A DNA stretch of 64,000 bases from a virus. The position numbers were made by a program, and so were the translations under genes. This document shows positions 54,630 through 63,263 of this stretch, piece after piece. The notes below the pieces were generated by a model. It saw only the letters and a list, made by a program, of their open reading frames with translations. It was not told where the DNA came from and made no database searches. Location of the stretch: the IMG/VR virus record IMGVR_UViG_3300036785_000296, positions 1-64,000 of that record, one strand, 5' to 3'. Each line of letters opens with the position of its first letter. The first letter of the stretch is position 1.

Positions 54630-56204
54630 TTACGTGTCCTCGAAGACCGGCACCCCGTCGTCGTCCAGCAGCGGGATCGCCTCGTCATCGAGGATGCCGC
54701 CGACCACGGCGTGGCGATGCACGACGCGCGCCGTCATGCCCAGCACCTGGGCGTAGGCCAGCGAGCCCATCACGATCTGCGCGTCGCGCGCCGCGCCCTG
54801 CTCGATGACCGTCTCAGCGACGAGGCCGAAGGCGGCCGTGACGTCCTGCGCCGCGCCCTGCTCGGCGACGCTCTCTCCCCTGCTGACGCCGCCCGAGGGC
54901 GTGTCGAACGCCCTGCCCGCCTCGTAGATCGCAGGCCGGGTGACCGAGGAGACGACGCTCGGAGTGTCGAGGGCCGCGCCGCTCTCGGCGACGGCGAGCG
55001 GCAAGAGCCCGGCGCTGGTCACCACGTCGGCCGCCGCCCCAGCCTCGCTCACCAGCGTCAGGGAGGTCTCGACCACGCCGACGTGGGCGATGGTCAGCGG
55101 GTTGCCTGGGCCGGGCCCCGTGAGCACCCGGTAGTTGGCGGTGTCGGTCGACGTCAGCACGTCTTGGTTCGTCGCATCGGCGAACCAGCCGGTGAGCCCC
55201 GCGCCGATGGTGGCGCTCTGGTTGCCCGCCACGCCATTCTTGCGCGTCGTCAGCGTCCCCGGCCCCGTCATGGCGTTGGCGGTGACGTTGACCTTCAGGC
55301 CCGACATCGCGACGGGAAAGCCGTGCGGCGTGGCCGCCGCCGCGTCGCTCCCCAGGCCCACGCCGAGGGTGCCGCCCACCAGCGGGTAGTAGGCGGTGAA
55401 GTTCGCGCCCATCCCGCTGGCCGGGTAGCAGAAGAGGTCGTTGACCGGGGCGCTCGGGTTGACGAAGCCGATGGCGGCGCAACTTTGGCTGACCACGCCG
55501 CCGCCGGCTAGCATCGTCGCGCAGAAGAGGTCGCCGACGTTGACCGTCGTCTGGGTGGTGGTGTCTTGGAAGACGCCCGTGAGCCCAGGCCCGATGGTCG
55601 GTCCTTGGGCGCCGAGCGCCCCGTTCAGATAGAGGGTGAACTTCTGGGCCGAGGTCATCGCGTTGGCGGTGATGTTGACGCTCAGACCCTGAAGCAGCCC
55701 GGCCACGCCAACTTGCTGCTGCACGGTGGCGGTCACCGTGTTCAGCACCTGTCCGAGGCTACCGACGGGGTTGAAGTACTGACGGTTGTTGGCGCTGATC
55801 GTGTTCGTGGTGCTGCCGGTCGGGCTGGCTGCGTAGATCGCCGCGTGCGGGCTTGAGCCCAGGCGCATCTGTAGACGCGAGACGGTCGCGGCAGCGGCTG
55901 CGGTCCAGGCCAGATCGATCAGGTCGCCCTGCGCCACCACGTCGCCCGCGCCCGACGTCAGCGCCGTGTCGCTGATGCTCTGGTTGGCGTTGGCGCCGTT
56001 CTGGCGGAGCTGCCCGGTGAACGTCCCGGCCACCGTCAGCGCCGTCAGCCCCAGGAGCGTGCCCGCGACCGGCATCCTAAGCTGCGCCGCCGCCTCGGTG
56101 GCCTGCTTCGTGTAGGTCGTATTGCCGCCCAGGACGCCACTGAAGGTCCCGGCGGCCTGCGCCACAGCGCCTAGAGAGGCGGTCCCGAAGAGGGAATAGC
56201 CCAT
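54630..56204 (-). CDS. Putative virion fibre protein with internal repeats
   Basis: Three repeated beta modules plus five ExGxAxD repeats. Confidence 0.7.
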   Translation of the reverse strand: MGYSLFGTASLGAVAQAAGTFSGVLGGNTTYTKQATEAAAQLRMPVAGTLLGLTALTVAGTFTGQLRQNGANANQSISDTALTSGAGDVVAQGDLIDLAWTAAAAATVSRLQMRLGSSPHAAIYAASPTGSTTNTISANNRQYFNPVGSLGQVLNTVTATVQQQVGVAGLLQGLSVNITANAMTSAQKFTLYLNGALGAQGPTIGPGLTGVFQDTTTQTTVNVGDLFCATMLAGGGVVSQSCAAIGFVNPSAPVNDLFCYPASGMGANFTAYYPLVGGTLGVGLGSDAAAATPHGFPVAMSGLKVNVTANAMTGPGTLTTRKNGVAGNQSATIGAGLTGWFADATNQDVLTSTDTANYRVLTGPGPGNPLTIAHVGVVETSLTLVSEAGAAADVVTSAGLLPLAVAESGAALDTPSVVSSVTRPAIYEAGRAFDTPSGGVSRGESVAEQGAAQDVTAAFGLVAETVIEQGAARDAQIVMGSLAYAQVLGMTARVVHRHAVVGGILDDEAIPLLDDDGVPVFEDT

Positions 56205-56207
56205 CGG

Positions 56208-56537
56208 CTACCCCTTCCTGGCGTAGCTGGCCGCCCCTTCGTGCTGCGCGAGGTAGTCATCCAGGCTCAGCTTCGGGACTTCGGCGATCTCGCCGTTCGG
56301 CCCATGCGCTCGCCCGTGGCGATCATCGCCGACGACTTCGGTGATGATGTCGTCCCGAGCCACGCCGGTGTCCTCCAGCGCCTTCCTGGCGAGGCTCATC
56401 GCCCGGTTCTCGCCCGCCACATCCTCGTGGCTCGCGCCCGCGCCCGCATGGTAGGCACAGGGGCGCAGCAGCTCGGTGGGCTCGCCGTCCGGCTCGCGGA
56501 TCGCCAGCACGCAGCCGCAGTGCGCTGTCCACTCCAT
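56208..56537 (-). CDS. Hypothetical protein
   Basis: MEWTAHCGC...C..H...EN; TGATG-coupled. Confidence 0.65.
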   Translation of the reverse strand: MEWTAHCGCVLAIREPDGEPTELLRPCAYHAGAGASHEDVAGENRAMSLARKALEDTGVARDDIITEVVGDDRHGRAHGPNGEIAEVPKLSLDDYLAQHEGAASYARKG

Positions 56538-57121
56538 CAGAGACCCACCGAGTAGCCGACCGTCACGGTGTCGTTGGCCAGGACCGAGCGGTCGCCGCCC
56601 TGGAAGAGCCCGGCGCTGATCAAGACGCCGCCAGCGTTCATGACGCCGTTCGTCGCGCCCGCGCCACCGACGAGGAAGCAGCCCTTGATGATCCCGGTCC
56701 CGGTGATCGCGAAGCCAGGGTTCGCGCTGAGCGACTTGACGCCCGCCGAAGCCGCCGCCCAGGCGCACGCGCCACGGGTGCTGCTCATGGTCGGCGCGTT
56801 GGTGGTGCCCGCCTCGGTCCAGCCCGCGTGGCTGGCCATCGTGTCGGCCGCCGAGATCGCCGAGTAGCCGACCGACGAGATCAGCCCCATGAACTCGACC
56901 GCCGTGTAGGCCGCGCCCGCCAGCGCCTGATCGAGCATCAGGTTCTTGCCGACCGTGACCACCGTATTCGCGAAGCGCTCGCGCCAGCGCAGCCGTCCCT
57001 CGGCGTCGTGGCACCATGCCTCGAACTGACCCCTGGCCGACAGTTGGTCTAATACCAAACCAGACCGGGAGATGGCGGGGTAGATATCATCATGCGCCGC
57101 GAGAATGTCGCGCTGATCCAT
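56537..57121 (-). CDS. Putative virion structural protein
   Basis: WRERFANTVVTVGKN..LD; D.SV..NDT.TV.Y. Confidence 0.75.
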   Translation of the reverse strand: MDQRDILAAHDDIYPAISRSGLVLDQLSARGQFEAWCHDAEGRLRWRERFANTVVTVGKNLMLDQALAGAAYTAVEFMGLISSVGYSAISAADTMASHAGWTEAGTTNAPTMSSTRGACAWAAASAGVKSLSANPGFAITGTGIIKGCFLVGGAGATNGVMNAGGVLISAGLFQGGDRSVLANDTVTVGYSVGL

Positions 57122-57122
57122 C

Positions 57123-57389
57123 TCAGTCCTCCCGCGCGTCGATCACGGCCTGGGCCGCCTGATCGATGTCCTGCTGCGTGACGGCGCCGTCCTGCACCGC
57201 CTTCGCCGCCTTCGCGACGCGCTGCTCGGCCGCCGCCAGATCGCGCTGCATGACCGCCTTCGCGCCCTCGTGCGGCGTGGTCTCGATCAGCGTCTTCAGC
57301 GTCGCCAGATCGGCCGCCGCGTTCTGCGCCTCCTGCTGCGGGCCCTCCAGCTTGGCGAGATCGGCTTCGAGGCTCTTCAGGTCGGCCAT
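57123..57389 (-). CDS. Coiled-coil hypothetical protein
   Basis: Helical Ala/Gln-rich, coupled. Confidence 0.65.
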   Translation of the reverse strand: MADLKSLEADLAKLEGPQQEAQNAAADLATLKTLIETTPHEGAKAVMQRDLAAAEQRVAKAAKAVQDGAVTQQDIDQAAQAVIDARED

Positions 57390-57390
57390 G

Positions 57391-57813
57391 TCAGCCCTCC
57401 AGCGCCATGATGATCAGGGTGTCGGCGATGTTGCCGACCGCCAGCAGCGGCGCCGCCACCTTCAGGTCTTCGTCCGCGACGTAGGCTACCTGCGAGAGCG
57501 TCAGCACGCCATCGATCTGGCCAGCAGGCACCAGCCACTGGCCGATGGCGACGCCGCCGGAGCTGACCGGGCAGACGTAGTCGCTGGCGGGCGCGACGCC
57601 GACCCGCATCCGGCAGTTGGCGAGCACGACGGTCTGGGCGTCGATGAACTCGTACCAGAAGAGGATCGCGCCCGGCGGCGGCTGGCCCTCGCGCACGCCG
57701 ATGATCTCCTGCGCCGCGTCCTGGCCGGTCAGCCCCTGCTCCCCGGTCATCGAGATGATCAGGGTCGGGGGCGGCGCCGGCGGCGAGCCGGGGACGATGT
57801 CAGCGGCCGACAA
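57391..57813 (-). CDS. Hypothetical (virion-associated?) protein
   Basis: Short GEQGLTG collagen-like motif. Confidence 0.65.
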   Translation of the reverse strand: MSAADIVPGSPPAPPPTLIISMTGEQGLTGQDAAQEIIGVREGQPPPGAILFWYEFIDAQTVVLANCRMRVGVAPASDYVCPVSSGGVAIGQWLVPAGQIDGVLTLSQVAYVADEDLKVAAPLLAVGNIADTLIIMALEG

Positions 57814-58234
57814 CGGCGAACCTCCTGACGGGCACGGGCATCACCTGGGTCGGCTCATCGGTGTAGGCGCGCACGATGAACATCCCCTCCCAGCGCACGA
57901 CGCCGTTGTCATCGCCGGTGGTGATGTCGCGCAAGCTGAAGTAGGGGCCGACCTTCGGGTTGCCGCTCATGTCGACCAGCGCCACGTCGCTCTGGGTGAG
58001 CGTCAGCATCTGCTGGTCGGGGTGACCGAGGATCGGCTTCAGCAGCGTCTGGAAGGCGCCGTCGACCTCGAACTCGTAGACGCTCTGGCTGACGTCGAGC
58101 GGGTTGCCCGCGCCGTCCTGAAAGGCGATGGCGAGCGGCGCCGCCGTCCGACCGTGGAGGCGCAGATTGCCGCAGCCGTCGATCCAGGCGGGCTGATAGA
58201 CGACGACCTGGGCCGGAGGAGGGGTCGTGGCCAT
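57800..58234 (-). CDS. Hypothetical (virion-associated?) protein
   Basis: First gene of the structural run; GAGGAG RBS. Confidence 0.7.
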   Translation of the reverse strand: MATTPPPAQVVVYQPAWIDGCGNLRLHGRTAAPLAIAFQDGAGNPLDVSQSVYEFEVDGAFQTLLKPILGHPDQQMLTLTQSDVALVDMSGNPKVGPYFSLRDITTGDDNGVVRWEGMFIVRAYTDEPTQVMPVPVRRFAVVGR

Positions 58235-58286
58235 GCCCGGCTCCTCTACCCTAAGAGCGCCTCCCGCGCGAGGGTCCGCCGCGAGC

Positions 58287-58382
58287 TGATATCAGTGGGC
58301 CCTTGAAATGTCTGGTCGCGATACCTATATGTGGTAGGTGAGGCGCGGCCGGAGTGGTCGCGACGAAGGCCCCGGAGGAGCC
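58287..58382 (+). promoter_or_regulatory. Repeated promoter/leader element, copy 1
   Basis: TGATATCA, TTGAAA-N17-TATATG, GGA-loop hairpins. Confidence 0.7.
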
Positions 58383-59255
58383 ATGAACATAGGTCCCGTC
58401 ATCCGCCCGAAGACCGGGCACAACCGCTACTGCGGGCCGGCGGCGCTCAGCGCCATCTGCCGCATCGACACCGCCAAGGCGGCGGAGGTGCTGCGCGAGG
58501 TCACCGGCAAGAAGTCGATCAAGGGCGTCTGGGAGGCCCAGATGGTCCGCGCCCTGATGAAGCTCGGATACCGGGCGCTTCAGATGCCGACCCCCAAGGA
58601 GCAGTCCCTGGCGGCGTGGCTGAAGACCAGCAACCTGAAGGTCCGTGGAGCCAAGGTCTACCTCGTCGCCGCCGGCAACCACTTCGTCACCATCCAAGGG
58701 CGACGCGGCGTCTGCACGCTCTCCGATGGCGAGGTGGTGGCGCTCAGCAAGCTCAAGAGGCGCCGGGCCAACGTTCGGTCGGTCTTCGTGATCAGCAAGA
58801 AGACAGCGCCGCCGCCCGTGCAGCGGGTGCCCGGCGTCAAGCCGAAGGTCCCCGCCAAGCTCCTGCCGCTGAAGACCGTGGCTGCGGCCGAAGCGTCCCT
58901 GGCCAAGGCCAAGATCGCCGCCGACGCCGCCCTGGCGAAGCTGCGCGCGGAGGAGCTGCGGCTCGCCGCCACCAAGCGGTGGGTCGCCGAGCAGAAGGTC
59001 CGCGACGAGAAGAACGCGGAGGCGCGAGCCCGGCGGAAGGCCAAGCTGCTGGCCGCCGAGCACGGCATCGAGATCGAGATCGACCAGATCGAGCCGGGCT
59101 ACCGCCACTACTGGGTCACCGGGCCGGAGGCGATCTACCCCGGCGACGAGGGCGATCCCTGGAAGGGCGACCATATCGGCCACGGCTGGGAGGAGGTGCT
59201 CGACCGGGTCGAGGTCTACGTCGAGGACATCAAGAAGCGGAAGGAGGTGGCGTGA
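58383..59255 (+). CDS. Protein with C39/papain-like N-terminal motif and coiled coil
   Basis: YCGPAALSAI...GNHFVTI. Confidence 0.7.
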   Translation: MNIGPVIRPKTGHNRYCGPAALSAICRIDTAKAAEVLREVTGKKSIKGVWEAQMVRALMKLGYRALQMPTPKEQSLAAWLKTSNLKVRGAKVYLVAAGNHFVTIQGRRGVCTLSDGEVVALSKLKRRRANVRSVFVISKKTAPPPVQRVPGVKPKVPAKLLPLKTVAAAEASLAKAKIAADAALAKLRAEELRLAATKRWVAEQKVRDEKNAEARARRKAKLLAAEHGIEIEIDQIEPGYRHYWVTGPEAIYPGDEGDPWKGDHIGHGWEEVLDRVEVYVEDIKKRKEVA

Positions 59256-60412
59256 TGTCCGAGACCTACGTCAAGACCTTCAAGCCGAGCCCGCGCGGCC
59301 CCAAGCTCCGCTTCGCCGACGAGACCCTGGCCGAGCGCTTCCGCGACCCGAAGAAGGACGGTGAGGTCTGGCTGGCCCGCGAGCTTGGCCAGCACGCCCC
59401 CGACAACTCGGTGGTGCGCCGCATCCTGCTCGACGCCAAGCGCTACGTCATGGACGACGACGCGCTGAAGCTGGCAGTCGATCTCTCGGAGAGCTGGCCG
59501 CGCCAAGTCCTGCATCAGCTCGACGCCATCGAGATGCCAGCAAAGGAAGGGGTGTGGATCGAGTTCAGCTCGCAGACCCTGACACGGCAGCGGCTGAAGT
59601 ATGGGACCCTGGAAGACGCGCCCGCTGATCGCCCGCCCACGGCGCGCTGCGGGATGCTGATCAAGGACCGGGGCGACGGGCTGATCCAGACGTGGTGCAT
59701 CGAGGACGGCGACCCCGACGAGTTCGGCCAGCGCGAGGGCCTGATCGTCGCGTGGCCGATGAGCTACTGCATCAGCCTCAACGGCCCGCGCGAGGCCCAT
59801 CGCGGCCAACGCGGGCAACCGGGGTGGACCGCGCTCTGCTGGGGCTACGGCTCACAGGTGGAAGACCTCGCACTGCTCGACGGGCGCGCGTGGCCGACGA
59901 TGGACCCGAGCTTCATGAAGCTCTTCGCGCAGCAGCAGGGCGTGGGCAAGCTCATGCACGAGCTGCGCGGCTGGACCCGGCTCACCGTCGCGATGCTGGC
60001 GCTGCTCTCGACCGTCGCCTCCATCGTGGAGGTGCCGCGCCCTGCCGGCCACGCGCGGATCGGCGGCCTGATGCGGCCCCGGCTGAAGAGCGACCGGCTG
60101 GTGATCTACGTCCCCCGCACGATCCGCAAGCCGGTCCCGTGGGCGCGGAAGATCATCCACCAGAGCGCCCAGCACCGGCGCCGCCTGCACGAGGTCTCCA
60201 AGCACTGGCGCCACCTCGACCATCTGCCGAAGGCCCCAGGCTGGGAGCCGGTCCTCATCGGCAACAAGTGGATGTGGCGCAAGGAGATCGCGTTCCACCT
60301 CCGGGGCGACCCGGACCTGGGGGTGGTCGAGCACCGCGAGACGTTCGTCAAACTGAACAAGCGATACCGTCAGATCACGGAGGAGACCCATCATGGCGAC
60401 AACGACACGTAA
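59255..60412 (+). CDS. Conserved phage hypothetical protein
   Basis: WIEF; RLHEVSKHWR...HLRGDPDLG. Confidence 0.8.
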   Translation: MSETYVKTFKPSPRGPKLRFADETLAERFRDPKKDGEVWLARELGQHAPDNSVVRRILLDAKRYVMDDDALKLAVDLSESWPRQVLHQLDAIEMPAKEGVWIEFSSQTLTRQRLKYGTLEDAPADRPPTARCGMLIKDRGDGLIQTWCIEDGDPDEFGQREGLIVAWPMSYCISLNGPREAHRGQRGQPGWTALCWGYGSQVEDLALLDGRAWPTMDPSFMKLFAQQQGVGKLMHELRGWTRLTVAMLALLSTVASIVEVPRPAGHARIGGLMRPRLKSDRLVIYVPRTIRKPVPWARKIIHQSAQHRRRLHEVSKHWRHLDHLPKAPGWEPVLIGNKWMWRKEIAFHLRGDPDLGVVEHRETFVKLNKRYRQITEETHHGDNDT

Positions 60413-60635
60413 GCGATACTGGATGAGCGCGGTGGACGAGTTCGACTCGTTCGGGCGGCTGATCGTCGGCGAGTTCATCGACGGGCGGATCGGCCCGCAG
60501 TGCGGGAACACGCTGGCCTGGGCGATCTTCACGCCCGACTCGTGGAAGCACTTCGGCTTTGGCAGGCTGGGCACTGGCTACGGCCAGCGCTACGTGAAGC
60601 AGCCGGACGGCCGGTGGCTGAAAGTCGACGGATAG
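60393..60635 (+). CDS. Hypothetical protein
   Basis: FIDG...WA....LG.G.GQRY; GGAGGAG RBS. Confidence 0.7.
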   Translation: MATTTRKRYWMSAVDEFDSFGRLIVGEFIDGRIGPQCGNTLAWAIFTPDSWKHFGFGRLGTGYGQRYVKQPDGRWLKVDG

Positions 60636-60639
60636 GATC

Positions 60640-60807
60640 ATGACCGACGCACAGCTCGCAGCAGCGGCGACGATCCAGGCGATTGCCGAGGAGTTCAGCG
60701 AGACCGAGAAGCGCTGGAGCCCAACCGATCTGCGCCGCCAGGGCAGGCGGCTGCTCGAAGCGCTCGAAGCCATCGTGCCGAAGGAAACGATATCTCCCCT
60801 TGAATAG
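60640..60807 (+). CDS. Hypothetical protein (55 aa)
   Basis: Hand translation MTDAQLAAAATIQAIAEEF... Confidence 0.5.
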   Translation: MTDAQLAAAATIQAIAEEFSETEKRWSPTDLRRQGRRLLEALEAIVPKETISPLE

Positions 60808-60879
60808 GAAGGGTAGAATAGATATCTAAGACGTGCGGCCGGAGAGGTCGCGCGAGAGAGGTCTGGAGGACCGAACAGC
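60789..60879 (+). promoter_or_regulatory. Repeated promoter/leader element, copy 2
   Basis: GATATC, TTGAAT-N17-TATCTA, GGA-loop hairpins. Confidence 0.7.
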
Positions 60880-61239
60880 ATGAAGAACCTGAACGCCTAC
60901 AAGGCGATCCTCGCCGAAGCCGAAGCCGCCGCCGTCGAGGCGATCAAGGCCAACGCCGGACGCGAGAACCGCTTCGCCTTCGACTGCGGCTTCGCCTGGG
61001 CCGTGATCGAGGACGGTAGGTCCGATCTCTACAAGGCGGCCAAGCAGGCCAAGTCCGGCGAGCCCGGCTACGGCCACAAGAACTACGGCGCGCCCGGCTG
61101 GCAAGTCTGGATGCCCGGCCGCCACGGCTCCGGCTTCAACGGCCAGAGCGTCGGCATCTTCGAGGCGGGGGCCCGCGCCTTCGCGGAGGTGCTGAAGAAG
61201 CACGGCTTCGCCGCCCACTGGTCGAGCCGTCTGGACTGA
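60880..61239 (+). CDS. Conserved phage early protein
   Basis: CGFAW...QS...EAGARAFA.VL..HG....SRLD. Confidence 0.8.
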   Translation: MKNLNAYKAILAEAEAAAVEAIKANAGRENRFAFDCGFAWAVIEDGRSDLYKAAKQAKSGEPGYGHKNYGAPGWQVWMPGRHGSGFNGQSVGIFEAGARAFAEVLKKHGFAAHWSSRLD

Positions 61240-61253
61240 CCCCGGAGAGAACC

Positions 61254-61589
61254 ATGATCATCGTCCAAGTCCACCACAACCAGACCGGCAGCGCGCTCTA
61301 CGAGCACGTCGCCAACGTCAGCTACCAGGGCGAGGATGTCGAGCACGCGCTCGACTACGCCTGGGAGCGCACCCAAAACATCGACGGCTCTTGGTCGCGC
61401 GGGATCACCTACCCGGACGGTCAGCGCAACGCGGACTACTCCGCGCACATCGAGCGCCTCGCTCCGCTGCCGGTCTACGACGGCAAGACCTTCGGCCTGC
61501 GCTCCTCGATGGTCGGCGACCGCTTCGTGATCGAGGGCGTCGGCGCCTGGAAGGTCGCCGGCTGCGGCTTCGAGAAGGAGGCCGCATGA
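61254..61589 (+). CDS. YodL-like domain protein
   Basis: RSSMVGD.FVI....W.V...GF. Confidence 0.6.
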   Translation: MIIVQVHHNQTGSALYEHVANVSYQGEDVEHALDYAWERTQNIDGSWSRGITYPDGQRNADYSAHIERLAPLPVYDGKTFGLRSSMVGDRFVIEGVGAWKVAGCGFEKEAA

Positions 61590-61792
61590 GCGCGAGCAAG
61601 ACCGAGCAGCGCGTGCTGCGGAACGTGATCCGCAAGCTCGGGCCAGACGCCCAGGTCAGCGGCGAGGGGCGCGAGCACCTGAAGGCGCTCCGCATCTACC
61701 TCGACACCTGGGTGATCGCGCCGCTCGAACTGCTGGCCAAGGAGGATCGGACTTCCTGGGACCTCCGCCACGCCGACGATCTCGCCCGATGA
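61586..61792 (+). CDS. Hypothetical protein
   Basis: ATGA-coupled, AAGGAGG RBS. Confidence 0.6.
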   Translation: MSASKTEQRVLRNVIRKLGPDAQVSGEGREHLKALRIYLDTWVIAPLELLAKEDRTSWDLRHADDLAR

Positions 61793-61992
61793 GCCGCGAG
61801 ATCGACCGCCTGAAGTGCAAGGCCAGGAAGCTGTACCGCCGGATGATGCGCGAACTCGACACCGTGGACTGCGGCATCTCGATGCTCAGCTTCATCCGCC
61901 CCAGCTTCGGCCGCCTCGTCGCCGAGTACGACGCCACCATCGCCCGCCTGCGCGAGATCGATCCCAGCTTCCCCAAGGAGAAATCCCGATGA
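61789..61992 (+). CDS. Hypothetical protein
   Basis: ATGA-coupled. Confidence 0.6.
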   Translation: MSREIDRLKCKARKLYRRMMRELDTVDCGISMLSFIRPSFGRLVAEYDATIARLREIDPSFPKEKSR

Positions 61993-62141
61993 TCACCCAA
62001 GCCCAGCGCGACCGGGCCTACCACGTCCTGATGGCAGCTCTCGCCGAGGAGGCCGCAGTCCGCGAGCTGCCCGACGCCGAGCTGACCGAGAAGTCCAACG
62101 CCATCTGGGACGACTGCTACGGCGACAAGGAGACCCCATGA
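61989..62141 (+). CDS. Hypothetical protein
   Basis: ATGA-coupled, AAGGAG RBS. Confidence 0.55.
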   Translation: MITQAQRDRAYHVLMAALAEEAAVRELPDAELTEKSNAIWDDCYGDKETP

Positions 62142-62359
62142 CCGCACCGACCCACGTCCAGGGCCACGCGGTGACCGCCGCCGAGCCCGCCCTGCGCGGC
62201 GGCTACATCCTGCTGGTTGACCAGGGACCGGGGCGTCAGCTCCGCTGGGTCACCGGCTGGCTGGCCACCGGCGAGACCGTCCCGGCCTACCGCAACTACT
62301 TCCACGCCGAGGGCGCAGCCCGGCTGGATTTCACGCAGCGCTGCGAGAGAGGATGCTGA
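62138..62359 (+). CDS. Hypothetical protein
   Basis: ATGA-coupled. Confidence 0.6.
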   Translation: MTAPTHVQGHAVTAAEPALRGGYILLVDQGPGRQLRWVTGWLATGETVPAYRNYFHAEGAARLDFTQRCERGC

Positions 62360-62363
62360 CCCC

Positions 62364-62564
62364 ATGAACGACACCTTCGACCTTCACTTCTCGACCGAGA
62401 ACGCGGCCTTCGAGGACGCGCCGCTGACCGAAGTGGCGCGCATCCTGCGGAACCTCGCCGACCGCGTCGAGCGCATCACCGGCGGCTATCCGGCCGGCAC
62501 GGTTGTCGATGTGAACGGCAATACCATCGGCCACTGGTCCCACAACGCCAGCGGCAGGGCCTGA
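62364..62564 (+). CDS. Conserved small phage protein
   Basis: NAAF....EVARILR.LA...D.NGN.IG. Confidence 0.7.
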   Translation: MNDTFDLHFSTENAAFEDAPLTEVARILRNLADRVERITGGYPAGTVVDVNGNTIGHWSHNASGRA

Positions 62565-62654
62565 TATCAAACCCTTGCATTTTGGCCAGGGAATACATAT
62601 CTAAGTGATGCGGCCGGAAGCGCCGCGAGAGATGAGCCTGGAGGGCTCAAGACC
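62562..62654 (+). promoter_or_regulatory. Repeated promoter/leader element, copy 3
   Basis: TGATATCA, TTGCAT-N17-TATCTA, GGA-loop hairpins. Confidence 0.7.
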
Positions 62655-62849
62655 ATGACACTCTCGGAAGCCGTCGAACTGCGGGACTTCATCGCGGCCC
62701 TAGGCGGCTGCGAGCACGCCGCCGTCAAGCGACACCGCGCCGGCTACAAGCTGGTCGTCCGCTTGGTCGGCGAGCCGCCCCGCAGCTACGTCAACCACGA
62801 CCGCGCCTTCAACCACTACTGCGCCTCGCTGGACGAGGAAGACGCATGA
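62655..62849 (+). CDS. Hypothetical protein
   Basis: First gene after leader element. Confidence 0.6.
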   Translation: MTLSEAVELRDFIAALGGCEHAAVKRHRAGYKLVVRLVGEPPRSYVNHDRAFNHYCASLDEEDA

Positions 62850-63043
62850 GCCACCTCCCCTTCCACTACGTGAGCCCGGCGGGCAACGAGGTCTGGAGCC
62901 GCGAGCCGATGAGCCCGGCCGACCTGATCGAGCATGACGCGATGATCGCGGCGATGCCCGACGAGCCCGAGCCCGACTACGACGAAGACCCCGACGCTGA
63001 CGGCTACGGCTGGGAGCGCAAAGCCCTGAGAGGGATCGAATGA
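62846..63043 (+). CDS. Small acidic hypothetical protein
   Basis: ATGA-coupled. Confidence 0.6.
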   Translation: MSHLPFHYVSPAGNEVWSREPMSPADLIEHDAMIAAMPDEPEPDYDEDPDADGYGWERKALRGIE

Positions 63044-63246
63044 CCGTGTCTTGGAAGCCCGAAGTGATCGCCGATAGCACCGGCAAGTGGGCGGGCAACG
63101 CCCTGCGCTTCGCCACCAAGGAGGAGGCCGAGCAGAACGTCCTCGCCCTCTCCCTGCGCTGGCTCGCCGTCCGCGAGACCCGCGTGGTCGAGTGCGACGA
63201 TCCCGTCAACTACGCATGGCGCGATGGCGCGCTCGTGCAGGTCTGA
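63040..63246 (+). CDS. Conserved small phage protein
   Basis: SWKPEV.AD..GKW..NALRFAT.EEA. Confidence 0.7.
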   Translation: MTVSWKPEVIADSTGKWAGNALRFATKEEAEQNVLALSLRWLAVRETRVVECDDPVNYAWRDGALVQV

Positions 63247-63263
63247 GAAAGGACCCCCCGATC

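Noticed and set aside
58287-62654. Repeated elements as a CRISPR or attC array
   Set aside because: Copies are degenerate, kilobases apart and coincide with promoters and RBSs; no cas or integrase gene in the window
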